A stretch of 64,000 nucleotides of DNA from positions 62,001-126,000 of the forward strand of contig JAWLHK010000010.1 of the NCBI GenBank assembly GCA_041690355.1. Reading direction: 5' to 3'. The translations under genes and the position numbers were made by a program. Each line of letters begins with the position of its first letter. Position 1 is the first letter of the stretch. Of this stretch, positions 1-9,560 are shown piece after piece. Under the pieces are notes generated by a model. That model saw only the letters and a program-made list of their open reading frames with translations, was not told where the DNA came from and searched no databases. Source of the DNA: a bacterium. Lineage in GTDB: Bacteria > J088 > JAWLBW01.

Positions 1-879
1 ATCATGCGCCCCGGCTATGCCATCGAGTACGATTTCGTAGACCCCACCGAGCTGCAGCCAACCCTCGAGGTGCGCGCGCTACCCGGCCTCTACCTCGCCG
101 GCCAGATCAACGGGACGACCGGATACGAAGAGGCCGCGGCCCAGGGCATCATGGCGGGCATCAACGCCGCCCTGGCCATCGCCGGCGACGAGCCGCTCGT
201 ACTGCGCCGCGACGAGGCCTACATCGGCGTGCTTATCGACGACCTGATCACGAAGGGAACCGACGAACCCTACCGCATGTTCACGAGCCGCGCCGAGCAT
301 CGTCTCATTCTGCGCGAAGACAACGCCGACGAGCGCCTGAACCACCACGGCCGCCGCGTCGGTCTGCTCCCCGAAGAGCGCTGGAAGTTGTGGGAAACCA
401 AAGCGGACAAAATCCGTCAGGTTTTCAAGGACCTGGAGAGCGCGCGAATCGCCCCCTCCGACACCGTGCACAAGTTATTCACAGCCGTGGGCGAACCGCC
501 CCTGCGCGAAACCGTGAACGGAAAACAGTTCCTGAAGCGTCCGCATGTACAGTTCAGCCACCTCGAGGCCCTGGGCGTACTCTCCGAACCCGTGCCAGCC
601 GCCGTGGCCGAGCAGGTCGAGATCCGCATCAAGTACGAAGGCTATCTCAAGCGCCAGGAAGCTGAAGTCGAGCGCATGGCCAGGGTCGAACTCACGCGCA
701 TCCCCGCAGAGTTCGACTACCGCCTGCCCGGCCTGAGCAACGAGGTGCAGGAAAAGTTGCGCCGCCACCAGCCGCAGACCCTCGGGCACGCCTCGCGTAT
801 CCCGGGCATCACGCCCGCCGCGCTCTCCATCCTCTCGGTCTTTCTGGACAAGGAACGCCGCGCCCGCGCAGCCACCTGA
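1..879 (+). CDS. mnmG: tRNA U34 carboxymethylaminomethyl modification enzyme MnmG/GidA, 3' part (truncated by the window start)
   Basis: [41 protein letters not shown] and [11 protein letters not shown] are MnmG motifs. Confidence 0.97.
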   Translation: MMRPGYAIEYDFVDPTELQPTLEVRALPGLYLAGQINGTTGYEEAAAQGIMAGINAALAIAGDEPLVLRRDEAYIGVLIDDLITKGTDEPYRMFTSRAEHRLILREDNADERLNHHGRRVGLLPEERWKLWETKADKIRQVFKDLESARIAPSDTVHKLFTAVGEPPLRETVNGKQFLKRPHVQFSHLEALGVLSEPVPAAVAEQVEIRIKYEGYLKRQEAEVERMARVELTRIPAEFDYRLPGLSNEVQEKLRRHQPQTLGHASRIPGITPAALSILSVFLDKERRARAAT

Positions 880-933
880 GTCCGGCTCCCGCCGTGGTCT
901 CTCCCGCGGAACTCCGCCCGTATTGCTGTGCGA

Positions 934-1560
934 TTACTCGGCCTGCGGCGCGGCCACTTCCGCCTTGCGGGCACGCAGTTCCTCGACGGCCAGATCGATC
1001 CGGCTCCACAGCTCGTCTCTTCCCCGCCCCGTCTCCGAGGAGTAGATCGTGAACGCGTCGGTCGGGAGATCGAGCGTGTCGCTCATGACCTTGCGGCTCT
1101 TGGCGATCTGATTGTTCGAGAGCTTGTCTGCCTTCGTGAGCACGAGAATGGTCGGCTTCTCGAGCTCCTGCAGCCAGTCGAGCAGCGCGATGTCATCCTT
1201 CGTCGGCGGATGACGAATGTCGAGGATGTGCACGACCGCGGCCAGAGAGTCAGCCTCGGCGATGTAGCGGCCGATCATCGGGCCCCACTGCTTCTTGAGA
1301 CTCATCGGCACCTTGGCATATCCATAGCCGGGCAGGTCGACGACGTACATCTTCTTGTTCAGCAGGACGAAGTTGAGCAGCTGCGTGCGCCCCGGCGTGC
1401 GCGAGACGCGCATGACGTTTCTGCGGTTGAGCAGATTGTTGATCAGGCTCGACTTACCGACGTTGCTGCGCCCCGCAAAGGCGACGGCGGGGAGCGCGTC
1501 CTTCGGCCACTGCTCGGGCTTGATGGCCGATTTCACGAACTCGACCGAATTCACCTTCAT
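934..1560 (-). CDS. engB: Ribosome biogenesis GTPase YihA/YsxC (EngB)
   Basis: GRSNVGKSS, TPGRT, DLPGYG and TKADK G-motifs; start taken at MKVNSVEF, overlapping the upstream stop. Confidence 0.95.
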   Translation of the reverse strand: MKVNSVEFVKSAIKPEQWPKDALPAVAFAGRSNVGKSSLINNLLNRRNVMRVSRTPGRTQLLNFVLLNKKMYVVDLPGYGYAKVPMSLKKQWGPMIGRYIAEADSLAAVVHILDIRHPPTKDDIALLDWLQELEKPTILVLTKADKLSNNQIAKSRKVMSDTLDLPTDAFTIYSSETGRGRDELWSRIDLAVEELRARKAEVAAPQAE

Positions 1561-2690
1561 GCAAACCACCTTTCGAGGCGCTTCAGCCCCTCGCGGATGC
1601 GCTCCATGCCCGTCGCATAGGAGAAACGCAGAAAACCGGGCGCGCCGAAATCGTCGCCCGGCGTGACGGCCACGTGAGTCTCTTCAAGTATCCTGCGCGC
1701 AAAAGCAATCGTATCTTCCGTTCGCCCGCGCACATCGGCGAGCACATAGAACGCACCCAGCGGATCGACCGGAATTCCCAGTCCCACGCGGCGAAGACCC
1801 GCGAGCATGGCCTGCCGCCGCTCGTCATAGGCCGAGCGCATCCGCAAGGTCTCTTCGCGAACCCGCGAATCTTCGAGCGCCGCGAAGCCGCCGCGCTGGG
1901 CGAAGCTGTTGGCGGCGATCATGAGGTTCTGCTGCAGCACTTCCATGACGCGCGCATACCCGGGGGGAACGATGACGTAGCCGAGCCGCCAGCCGGTCAT
2001 GGCGAAACGCTTGCTGAAGCCGTTGATCACGATGCAATTCCCGGTGTACCGGAGCATCGACCGATCTTCGCCACCGTACTGCAGGCCGTGATAGATCTCG
2101 TCGCTGATCACCAGCGGTCCCAGCTCCCCCAGTCTCCGCAGGGCCTCTTCGTCGAGGACCGCCCCCGTCGGGTTGGCCGGCGAGTTGACGAGAATCGCCT
2201 TCGTGCGCGGCGTGATCTTCGCGCGCACCGCTTCGGCATCGATTCGGAAACCGTCTTCGGGGCGCACGTCGACGAACACCGGCACGCCGCCGGCCAGCCG
2301 CACGAAGTTCGGATAACACGGATAATACGGGCGCGCCATGACGACCTCGTCTCCCGGATCGATCACGGCGAGCACGGTCATGAGCAGCAGCGGACTCGTG
2401 CCCGAACTGACGACGATGCGCTCCGGCGAAACCTGGACGCCATGCGTTTCCACATAGAACCGTGCGATGGCCTCGACCAGCCCGTGCTCGCCTCGCGCCG
2501 GCGTGTAGTGCGTCAGGTCGGCCTCGAGCGCGGCGATGCCCGCTTCCTTGACGGGCACCGGCGTTGCGAAGTCAGGCTCACCCAGCTCAAAATGAACAAC
2601 GTCGTGGCCGGCACGTTCGAGCTCGCGCGCGCGCGCGAGCACATCCATGACGAGAAAGGGAGCCACGCTTTCGGCGCGCGAAGACGGCAT
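1557..2690 (-). CDS. PLP-dependent class I/II aminotransferase (aspartate aminotransferase-like)
   Basis: GEPDF, NSPANPTG, DEIY and GFSKRFAMTGWRLG motifs. Confidence 0.93.
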   Translation of the reverse strand: MPSSRAESVAPFLVMDVLARARELERAGHDVVHFELGEPDFATPVPVKEAGIAALEADLTHYTPARGEHGLVEAIARFYVETHGVQVSPERIVVSSGTSPLLLMTVLAVIDPGDEVVMARPYYPCYPNFVRLAGGVPVFVDVRPEDGFRIDAEAVRAKITPRTKAILVNSPANPTGAVLDEEALRRLGELGPLVISDEIYHGLQYGGEDRSMLRYTGNCIVINGFSKRFAMTGWRLGYVIVPPGYARVMEVLQQNLMIAANSFAQRGGFAALEDSRVREETLRMRSAYDERRQAMLAGLRRVGLGIPVDPLGAFYVLADVRGRTEDTIAFARRILEETHVAVTPGDDFGAPGFLRFSYATGMERIREGLKRLERWFA

Positions 2691-2703
2691 GTATAATCAT
2701 GCC

Positions 2704-3273
2704 ATGCCGCGAATCCTCAAGGCCACCGCGCTTCTGGCCGCTCTGCTTTTCACCGTCGCCTGCGCCGCGCCCCGCCAGACCCTGCGTCTCGGCCAGATTT
2801 CGCCAGGTCTCGAAGCGTTCGAAGGGAGTCACTATGACGCCCTCGCCACCGCACCCGTCGTGTACTCGGTCATCGGCGAACCGGAATACGACCGCTTCTT
2901 TCAGGAAGCGGCCGCCGTCCACGGATCGATGCTCTTCGCCCTGCGCGTCATCGACCGCGCCGAAACCATCGTCGCCGGCCGGGCCGCCCCCACGCCCGCC
3001 GACCTGCGGCTGATCGTCACCGTGATGACCGACACCCTGCCGCACACTCAGCAGCGCGCGGCCTACCTTATCGAAGAGGGAGAGCGCCTGCGCGGCGAGG
3101 CGGCATGGCACTTTGCCTGGCGCTTCTACAAGATTCCGCGCGCCCGATCGGCGGTCGATGAAGCGCGCGCGCATCTCGAGGAATCGCAGCGCCTGGCGCC
3201 CGTGCTCGTCGCGCGGCTCAGAGACATCCACGAGCGGATTCAGTACCAGAAGTTTTTTCGCTTCAGCTTCTGA
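2704..3273 (+). CDS. Hypothetical lipoprotein
   Basis: Signal peptide ending TVAC (lipobox-like); TATAAT ends 6 nt upstream of ATG 2704. Confidence 0.7.
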   Translation: MPRILKATALLAALLFTVACAAPRQTLRLGQISPGLEAFEGSHYDALATAPVVYSVIGEPEYDRFFQEAAAVHGSMLFALRVIDRAETIVAGRAAPTPADLRLIVTVMTDTLPHTQQRAAYLIEEGERLRGEAAWHFAWRFYKIPRARSAVDEARAHLEESQRLAPVLVARLRDIHERIQYQKFFRFSF

Positions 3274-3307
3274 GCGCTGCTTCCAGACCCGCGGCGCAAG
3301 ACCCCCT

Positions 3308-3787
3308 TCAGATGAGCGGGCCGCGCTCGACCGGCACCAGCGTCTCGCGCGGAAAAAGTCCCGCCCAGGCGAGCACCTGCGCCGCGATCCAGACGGGTCC
3401 CGTGAAAAGCTGCACCACGTTTTGCGTGAACGCAGGTCGGCGCCCCTCTACGGCGTGGCCGAGAAACTGCACGGCCCAACCGAGGGCGAATACGGCCATC
3501 CCGATCCACACCGACGGCGTTACCGAGGCCAGCAGATAGAGCGGCACGTACAGAATGCCGGCCATGAGCCCGAGCCGCACGCGCAGGAAGGAGTACCAGG
3601 CGATTCCCGAAACGAGCACGAAATCGGCGCCGAGCAACGGAGTCGCGCCGACATGAAGGCCGGTCTCAAACCAGAGCATCCGCAGCAGTCCGTATACGAT
3701 GAGCGGAATGCCGACGAAGTGAAGGATCTTGTTACGCGGATCCTTATGGTACCGATGGTAATCGGCAAAGAGGCGGGCAGTCGGCAT
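3308..3787 (-). CDS. Mpo1-like/DUF962 membrane protein
   Basis: YHRYHKDPRNKILHFVGIP and QFLGHAVEGRRPAF signatures. Confidence 0.85.
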   Translation of the reverse strand: MPTARLFADYHRYHKDPRNKILHFVGIPLIVYGLLRMLWFETGLHVGATPLLGADFVLVSGIAWYSFLRVRLGLMAGILYVPLYLLASVTPSVWIGMAVFALGWAVQFLGHAVEGRRPAFTQNVVQLFTGPVWIAAQVLAWAGLFPRETLVPVERGPLI

Positions 3788-3838
3788 GCGTACTGACTCC
3801 GGAGCGAGGCTTCCGAGTATTGTAACGCCCCGTTAAGC

Positions 3839-3873
3839 GAAACGCCCCTCCGGACGGGCCGGAGAGGCGCTTC
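3839..3873. terminator. Hairpin downstream of the acyl-CoA dehydrogenase gene, possible terminator
   Basis: gaaacgcccctccgg / ccggagaggcgcttc imperfect inverted repeat. Confidence 0.45.
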
Positions 3874-3896
3874 TTCATTTTCCCCGCAACCGAAGC

Positions 3897-5045
3897 TCAG
3901 AGTCCCATGAGCTTCGAGATGATCTCACGCATGATCTGGGTCGTGCCCCCGCCGATGGTGAGCAGACGGGTGTCGCGCCATGCGCGGGCCACGTCATATT
4001 CCTCGATGTAGCCGGCGCCGCCGTGCAGCTGCACGCACTCGTCGACATTGCGAACGGCCATCTCGCCGGCGAAGGCCTTGGCCATCGAAACCTCACGCGT
4101 GACGTCTTCGCCCTTGGCGAAACCGTCGCAGACCTTGTAGACGAAGGCGCGCGCCACGTCGATGTTCGTCTGCAGCTCGGCCAGCTTATGGCGCACGGTC
4201 TGGAACCCGGTGAGCGGCCGCCCGAAGGCATTGCGGTCCTTGCAGTACGCGATGGTCGAGTCGAGCGTAAGCTGTGCGCCATAGACGGCGCCCACAGCGC
4301 CGATGAGCCGCTCGCCCTGAAAGTTGGTCATGACATGAATGAAGCCGTGATTCTCTTCGCCAAGCAGGTAGCGGCGGGGCACGCGCACATCCTCGAAGTA
4401 GAGCAGCGCCGTATCCGAGGCGCGATTGCCGACCTTGTCGAGCTTCTTGCCGATCGTGATCCCCTTCAGGTTCGTGGGCACGGTCAGAAAGCTGATGCCC
4501 GCATAGCCGGGATCATCGAGGTTCGTGCGCACGGCCATCGTCAGAAAGTCGGCGCGCGTGCCGTTCGTGATGTACATCTTCGAGCCGTTGATGATGTAGT
4601 CATCGCCGTCGCGGCGCGCCGTGGTCTTGATGTGCGCGACATCGGATCCGGCTCCCGGTTCGGTCACGCAGATGGCGGCGATCTTTTCGCCGGCCAGGGC
4701 GGGTTTCAGAAACTCGTCGATCTGCTCCTGCGTGCCGACGTGGCTGATGATCGGGGTCGCCATGTCGGTCTGCACGAGCAGGCTCAGGGTCGTGCCCGCC
4801 GAACGGCTGCGCGTGAGCTCCTCGGCGCGTACGACGGCATACCAGTAGTCGCCCCCCGAGCCCCCATGTTCTTCCTTATAGTTGGCGCCGAGAAACCCGA
4901 GTTTCCCCATCTCTTCGAAGACCCAGCGGTCGAAAATACCGGCCTCTTCCCACCGATCGGCATTGGTGGCGAGCTTTTCTTCGACGAACTTCCGAATCTG
5001 CGACCGGAACATCTCGTGTTCGGCCGTGAAATAATCGTAACGCAT
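3897..5045 (-). CDS. Acyl-CoA dehydrogenase
   Basis: TEPGAGSDV, NGSKMYITNG, QLHGGAGY and IGGGTTQIMR motifs. Confidence 0.95.
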   Translation of the reverse strand: MRYDYFTAEHEMFRSQIRKFVEEKLATNADRWEEAGIFDRWVFEEMGKLGFLGANYKEEHGGSGGDYWYAVVRAEELTRSRSAGTTLSLLVQTDMATPIISHVGTQEQIDEFLKPALAGEKIAAICVTEPGAGSDVAHIKTTARRDGDDYIINGSKMYITNGTRADFLTMAVRTNLDDPGYAGISFLTVPTNLKGITIGKKLDKVGNRASDTALLYFEDVRVPRRYLLGEENHGFIHVMTNFQGERLIGAVGAVYGAQLTLDSTIAYCKDRNAFGRPLTGFQTVRHKLAELQTNIDVARAFVYKVCDGFAKGEDVTREVSMAKAFAGEMAVRNVDECVQLHGGAGYIEEYDVARAWRDTRLLTIGGGTTQIMREIISKLMGL

Positions 5046-5058
5046 GGGGGACCGCCTC

Positions 5059-5088
5059 CAATATTGATTGACAAATCAATCAATATTG
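5059..5088. promoter_or_regulatory. Perfect 13-4-13 palindrome, candidate TetR-type operator
   Basis: caatattgattga-caaa-tcaatcaatattg, 13 nt upstream of the acyl-CoA dehydrogenase start. Confidence 0.7.
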
Positions 5089-5224
5089 AAACAGAGGGGG
5101 GCGGGAGCGTCAAGGCCTCCGCCGGCCCGGCAATGATCAATGGCCGACGGTCAATGATCAACAGGACTGCGGCGATGAACCATGCCCTATGCTCAATGAC
5201 TGACTGGCCATCACCAAAACCTCT

Positions 5225-5515
5225 AGACCGTTCAGTCTACTCTGGGTGAGAAGTGCGTCTCCGACGGGCGTCGAGGGTCACTTCAGGGGCGGCACGCTTC
5301 TCCTTTCCCTACGAAGGAGGTGGTCTGTCGAGACGCGGCAACCTGCCAGATGCGGCCATGCCGGCCCTAACCCTTTCAGGGCACGCGCTTTTTCTAGGCG
5401 GCTGCCGCGTTGCACCTTCGTCGCCGATGCACCCCATCGACTCCTTGTCGCGCCTTCAAGCCGCCTGAAAACGCACCCTGCTCGTGCTCGCGGCAAGTCT
5501 TCAACACCCTGCCAG
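5225..5515. repeat. Structured intergenic element (MITE/REP-like or ncRNA) with long imperfect hairpins
   Basis: gcgtctccgacgggc pairs with gtctgtcgagacgc; ttttctaggcggct pairs with agccgcctgaaaa; no credible ORF. Confidence 0.45.
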
Positions 5516-5520
5516 GTCTC

Positions 5521-6624
5521 TCACCCCCTGAGAATCCCTTTTTCGCCAATCTGCCAGAGGGTGCGCTCGCGGCCCATGGCGGGGAGCAGGTCGGCCTCGG
5601 TGGCCGTGATAAAGGCCTGCACCGAAGCAGACTCCAGAAACCGGCTCAGGTAGCCCCGCCGCATCTCGTCGAGCTCACTGCCCACGTCGTCGAGAATGAA
5701 CAACGGGGCGCTGCCGAGCACCTCGGCCGCGTGCCGGATCTGGGCGACCCGCAAGGCCAGGGCGAGCGCCCGCGTCTGTCCCTGCGAGGCATAGGTGCGC
5801 GCGCTGCGACCGTCGATCTCCATCACGATATCATCGCGGTGCGGCCCGATACCCGTGAATCCCCGCTCGCGATCGTCCTCGAGGCGCGCTTCGAGCTCCT
5901 CGCGGAACACGCTGCTCCAAGCTTCTCCCTCACACGCGGCCAAGCGCGAAGGATTCGGCTCGTAGCGGATGGTGAGCGGAACATTCCCGAAGATCTCGGC
6001 GAATGCCTCCTGGGCGCGCGGCAACAGCTCCGCCAGAAACCGCCCCCGGCTCTGTGCCATGCGCGAACCGACCTGTACCAGCTCTTCGGTCCACGCCTCG
6101 AGCACATCACCGCGCGATCGCTCGCGCAGCAGCTGGTTACGCGACTGAAGCGCCCGCTGGTACCGCGTGTACTCGTCGAGATATTCGGGATGGAGCGTGA
6201 AGGCGGCCCGGTCCACGAAGTCCCGCCGCAGCTCGGGCCCGCCGCGGATCATGAGCAGGTCTTCGGGTTGAAACGCAACGACGCCGATGTGGCGGACGTA
6301 CTCCCGCAACAGCGACACTTCGTGGCCGTTCACGAACAGCCGCCGACCCACCCCAGTCGCCAGCCTGACCTGAAGGTCAGTGCGCAGACCGTCACGCTCC
6401 AGGCTACCGCGCACCGAGGCCTCAGGCTGCCCTGCCTGAATGAGCTCCCGGGTACTCGCGCTCCGACGAAAAGAGCGGCCGGTCCCCAGCACATACACGG
6501 CTTCGACGAGATTCGTCTTGCCGCGCGCATTGGGGCCGACAATCAGCTGTACGGGCGTATCGAACTGAAGAGAGGCGCCGGCGTGATTGCGAAATGCAAA
6601 CAGATCGAGCGATCGAAGATGCAC
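5521..6624 (-). CDS. recF: DNA replication and repair protein RecF
   Basis: GPNARGKTN, GGPELRRDF, GPHRDD, SQGQ and LDDVGSELD motifs; follows dnaN. Confidence 0.96.
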   Translation of the reverse strand: MHLRSLDLFAFRNHAGASLQFDTPVQLIVGPNARGKTNLVEAVYVLGTGRSFRRSASTRELIQAGQPEASVRGSLERDGLRTDLQVRLATGVGRRLFVNGHEVSLLREYVRHIGVVAFQPEDLLMIRGGPELRRDFVDRAAFTLHPEYLDEYTRYQRALQSRNQLLRERSRGDVLEAWTEELVQVGSRMAQSRGRFLAELLPRAQEAFAEIFGNVPLTIRYEPNPSRLAACEGEAWSSVFREELEARLEDDRERGFTGIGPHRDDIVMEIDGRSARTYASQGQTRALALALRVAQIRHAAEVLGSAPLFILDDVGSELDEMRRGYLSRFLESASVQAFITATEADLLPAMGRERTLWQIGEKGILRG

Positions 6625-6639
6625 GGCGCCTGATTGCCG

Positions 6640-7752
6640 TCAGATACGCATCGGCATGACGACGTTCGTGTACGTGAGGTCTTCTGCCCCGTCGACGACC
6701 GGCGCGACTACCCCCTGGCTCACATCGTCGTTGAGACCGATGAAGACCTTCTCGGTGCCGATTTCGGCCAGCACGTCGAGAATGTAGCGGGCGTTGAAAC
6801 CGATCTGCATCGACTCGCCTTGGTAGTCGGCATCGATTTCCTCTTGCGCGTCACCGACTTCGGGATTGCTCGAGCTGATCTTCAGCGTACCTGCCGACAG
6901 GCTCAGTTTGACCCCCTTGAACTTCTCGGGCGAGAGCAGGCTCACGCGGCGCAGCGAGTCGGCAAAGGCCACACGATCGACGAACACCTTGCGATCGCTC
7001 TTCTTGGGAATGACGACCTTGTAGTCCGGAAATTCCCCGTCGATGAGGCGCATCGAGATGACGAAGCCGTCCTTACGGCCCACGCAGTTGTTCCCGGCGA
7101 ACGCGAGCTGAAACTCGCCCCCTTCGAGGTGCTTCCGAAGTTCCGAAAAGCCCTTACGCGGAACGATGACACCCTTGGCAAGCGTCAGCGATTCGATGTT
7201 GTCGACCTTGCGCTCCACCAGGCTCAGCCGGTGGCCGTCGGTCGCCACGAGGCGCAGGCCACCTTCTGAACGCTCGATATAGATACCGTTGAGGTTGAAG
7301 CGCGTTTCGTCGGTCGAGACCGCAAAGATGGTCTTGGCGACCATGTCGCCGAGCACGGCCGCCGGGAGTCCGAAATAATTCGCGTCGGGAAACTCCTGCA
7401 CGAGCGGGAAGTCTTCGGGATCGAGGCCCATGACGTTGAAACGGCTCCGCCGCGACGAAATCTCGACGTTGAAGCCGTCGCCGCTGCGTACGAGCACCTC
7501 GCCCTCGGGGAGCTCCTTGACGATGTCATAGAGCTTCTTTGCATTCAGGCTGAGTGAGCCCCCCGTCGCCACCTCGGCGCTCACGCGGGCCGACACTCCC
7601 ACTTCCAGGTCGGTCGCCACCAGCTGCAGCTGGCCCCCCGATCCCCGGATGAGAATGTTGCTGAGGATCGGCATCGTGTTGCGCTTTTCGACCACGCTCT
7701 GCGTAACCGAGAGCCCCTTGAGGAACTCGTCCTTGGCAATCCGAAATTCCAC
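6640..7752 (-). CDS. dnaN: DNA polymerase III beta clamp
   Basis: ATDLE, VATDGHRL, GFNARY and C-terminal VMPMRI; GTG start. Confidence 0.98.
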   Translation of the reverse strand: MEFRIAKDEFLKGLSVTQSVVEKRNTMPILSNILIRGSGGQLQLVATDLEVGVSARVSAEVATGGSLSLNAKKLYDIVKELPEGEVLVRSGDGFNVEISSRRSRFNVMGLDPEDFPLVQEFPDANYFGLPAAVLGDMVAKTIFAVSTDETRFNLNGIYIERSEGGLRLVATDGHRLSLVERKVDNIESLTLAKGVIVPRKGFSELRKHLEGGEFQLAFAGNNCVGRKDGFVISMRLIDGEFPDYKVVIPKKSDRKVFVDRVAFADSLRRVSLLSPEKFKGVKLSLSAGTLKISSSNPEVGDAQEEIDADYQGESMQIGFNARYILDVLAEIGTEKVFIGLNDDVSQGVVAPVVDGAEDLTYTNVVMPMRI

Positions 7753-7764
7753 CGTTCGACCTCA

Positions 7765-8030
7765 CGCCTTCTTTTTCTTAATAGATTGAATAGAGAACTA
7801 CTAAGAAAAGAAGAAGAAGAATGGGTTGTTGAAAACCTGCGGGGATGAAATAAATCCCCTATTCTACACGAAAAATTCTACTCTGTCACCTGTCAATAAC
7901 CCGGCGCTCAACCTGTCGAAGCATTCCTGAAAACTCCTCGCTCGAACCGATGCGCCAGGTTACCATCCAGCCCTCCACACCCTGCTCCGGCACTGTACAC
8001 AGCCTTGTCCGCAGGGTTATCCACAAGCTC
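7765..8030. other. Probable replication origin oriC (dnaA-dnaN intergenic)
   Basis: Perfect TTATCCACA at 8017-8025 plus degenerate boxes; minus-strand TTTTCAACA (7827-7835) followed by CTT trio-like repeats and an AT-rich tract. Confidence 0.8.
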
Positions 8031-8079
8031 GCTTCGGTTCGCATCCCCTACTCCCCCTCCCGCTCGCGTCAAGGCAGGC

Positions 8080-8125
8080 AAAAAAAGAACCCGCCGTTCC
8101 CGGACGAACCGGCGAACGACGGGTT
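8080..8125 (-). terminator. Intrinsic terminator after dnaA
   Basis: Minus strand aacccgtcgttc...gaacggcgggtt followed by c and T7. Confidence 0.75.
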
Positions 8126-8145
8126 ACAGGAGGAGAATCGTGTCG

Positions 8146-9537
8146 TCAGCGCAGGGACCGCTTGAGAGCGTTCAGCACCGCCGCAAACTGCGGATCCGCG
8201 TGCATGCGGTTGCGCACATTGTCGCAGCCGTGCATGACCGTCGCGTGGTTCTTGCCACCGAAGCGCTGCCCGATGTCGGGAAAACTCAGGCTCGTAAGTT
8301 CGCGTGTCAGGTACATCGCCACGTGGCGCGGCTGCGTCAGCGAGGCCTTGCGTGACGAAGATTTCAGGTCCACCGGCCGTACGTTGTAGTAATCGGCCAC
8401 CTTCTTGATGATCTCTTCGCAGCTCGCCTCGCGCGCCTGGCCCATGTGAATGGCCAGCCACTCCTGCACGTTCTCGAGCGTCACCGGCTTGCCCTGAAAT
8501 TCGCTGTAGGCGCGGATGCGCTGGAGGTATCCCTCCAGGTCGCGCACGTTCGCGGTCGGCAGGCTGGCCAGAAAAATACGCACGGCTTCGGGGAGCGTCA
8601 GGCCGAGCGGCTCAGCCTTGCGCCCGATGATCGCCATCTTCGTTTCCAGGTCGGGCGGCTGAATGTCGGCGATGAGCCCCCACTCGAAGCGCGATCGCAG
8701 ACGCTCTTCGAGGTTCGGCATGTCTTTCGGGTACTTGTCGCTCGTAAGCACGATCTGGCGGCCGCTGTCGTGCAGCGAGTTGAAGATGTGAAAGAACTCT
8801 TCCTGCGTCGCCTCGCGGCCGGCCAGGGTGTGAACGTCGTCGATGAGCAGCACGTCGACCCGGCGGTACTTCTCCTTGAAGGCAATGGAGGTACCCTGCT
8901 GGATGGCGCTCACGAACTCGTTCATGAACCGCTCGGCGGGAATGCACTGAATGCTCTTTCTGCGATCGGCGCGAAAGACGGCGTGCCCGATGGCGTTCAG
9001 CAGATGCGTCTTGCCGAGCCCCGCGCCGCCGGCGATGAACAGGGGATTGAATGTGCGCCCGGGATTCTGCGCGACGGCGATGGCGCTGGCGTGCGCGACC
9101 TGATTGCTCGAGCCGACGACGAAACTCTCGAACGTATAGCGGGGATCGAGGTTCGGATGGTACTGGGCGCGCGCGAGTGCCTGCGCGGGGGCCGGCTCCG
9201 GTATGGACTCGGTTTCAAGTGCGCTCTGTACGGCACTGCCGTCAGGTGCCTCGCCGCCGCCGCCGGGGGTCCGCACGACGATCTCGAAGCGCGTTCCCGG
9301 CCAGACGTGCTCGACGGCCTGTGTGAGTTCAGGGCCGTATTTCTCGAGAACCCACTTGCGGTGGTACGCGTCGGGCGCCGTCACGGTCAACACCCCGTCG
9401 GCGAACGACAACTCCTGCAGCGGCCGGATCCAGAGCGCGACGGTCTGCGGATTCAGACGCTCGAGCAGCAGCCCTGTCACGGCGGCCCAATGGCCCTGGC
9501 GTATGTCCTGCAACTCGTGAAGCACGTCGAAATCCAC
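8146..9537 (-). CDS. dnaA: Chromosomal replication initiator DnaA
   Basis: YTFESFVVGSSN, GGAGLGKTHL, LLIDD, RLRSRFEWGL and FGGKNHATV. Confidence 0.98.
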   Translation of the reverse strand: MDFDVLHELQDIRQGHWAAVTGLLLERLNPQTVALWIRPLQELSFADGVLTVTAPDAYHRKWVLEKYGPELTQAVEHVWPGTRFEIVVRTPGGGGEAPDGSAVQSALETESIPEPAPAQALARAQYHPNLDPRYTFESFVVGSSNQVAHASAIAVAQNPGRTFNPLFIAGGAGLGKTHLLNAIGHAVFRADRRKSIQCIPAERFMNEFVSAIQQGTSIAFKEKYRRVDVLLIDDVHTLAGREATQEEFFHIFNSLHDSGRQIVLTSDKYPKDMPNLEERLRSRFEWGLIADIQPPDLETKMAIIGRKAEPLGLTLPEAVRIFLASLPTANVRDLEGYLQRIRAYSEFQGKPVTLENVQEWLAIHMGQAREASCEEIIKKVADYYNVRPVDLKSSSRKASLTQPRHVAMYLTRELTSLSFPDIGQRFGGKNHATVMHGCDNVRNRMHADPQFAAVLNALKRSLR

Positions 9538-9560
9538 AACTTATCCACACCTGTGGATAA
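9530..9560. promoter_or_regulatory. Cluster of DnaA boxes at the dnaA start codon
   Basis: TTATCCACA 9541-9549, TGTGGATAA 9552-9560, degenerate AAATCCACA 9530-9538; a further ATATCCACA at 9821-9829. Confidence 0.85.
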
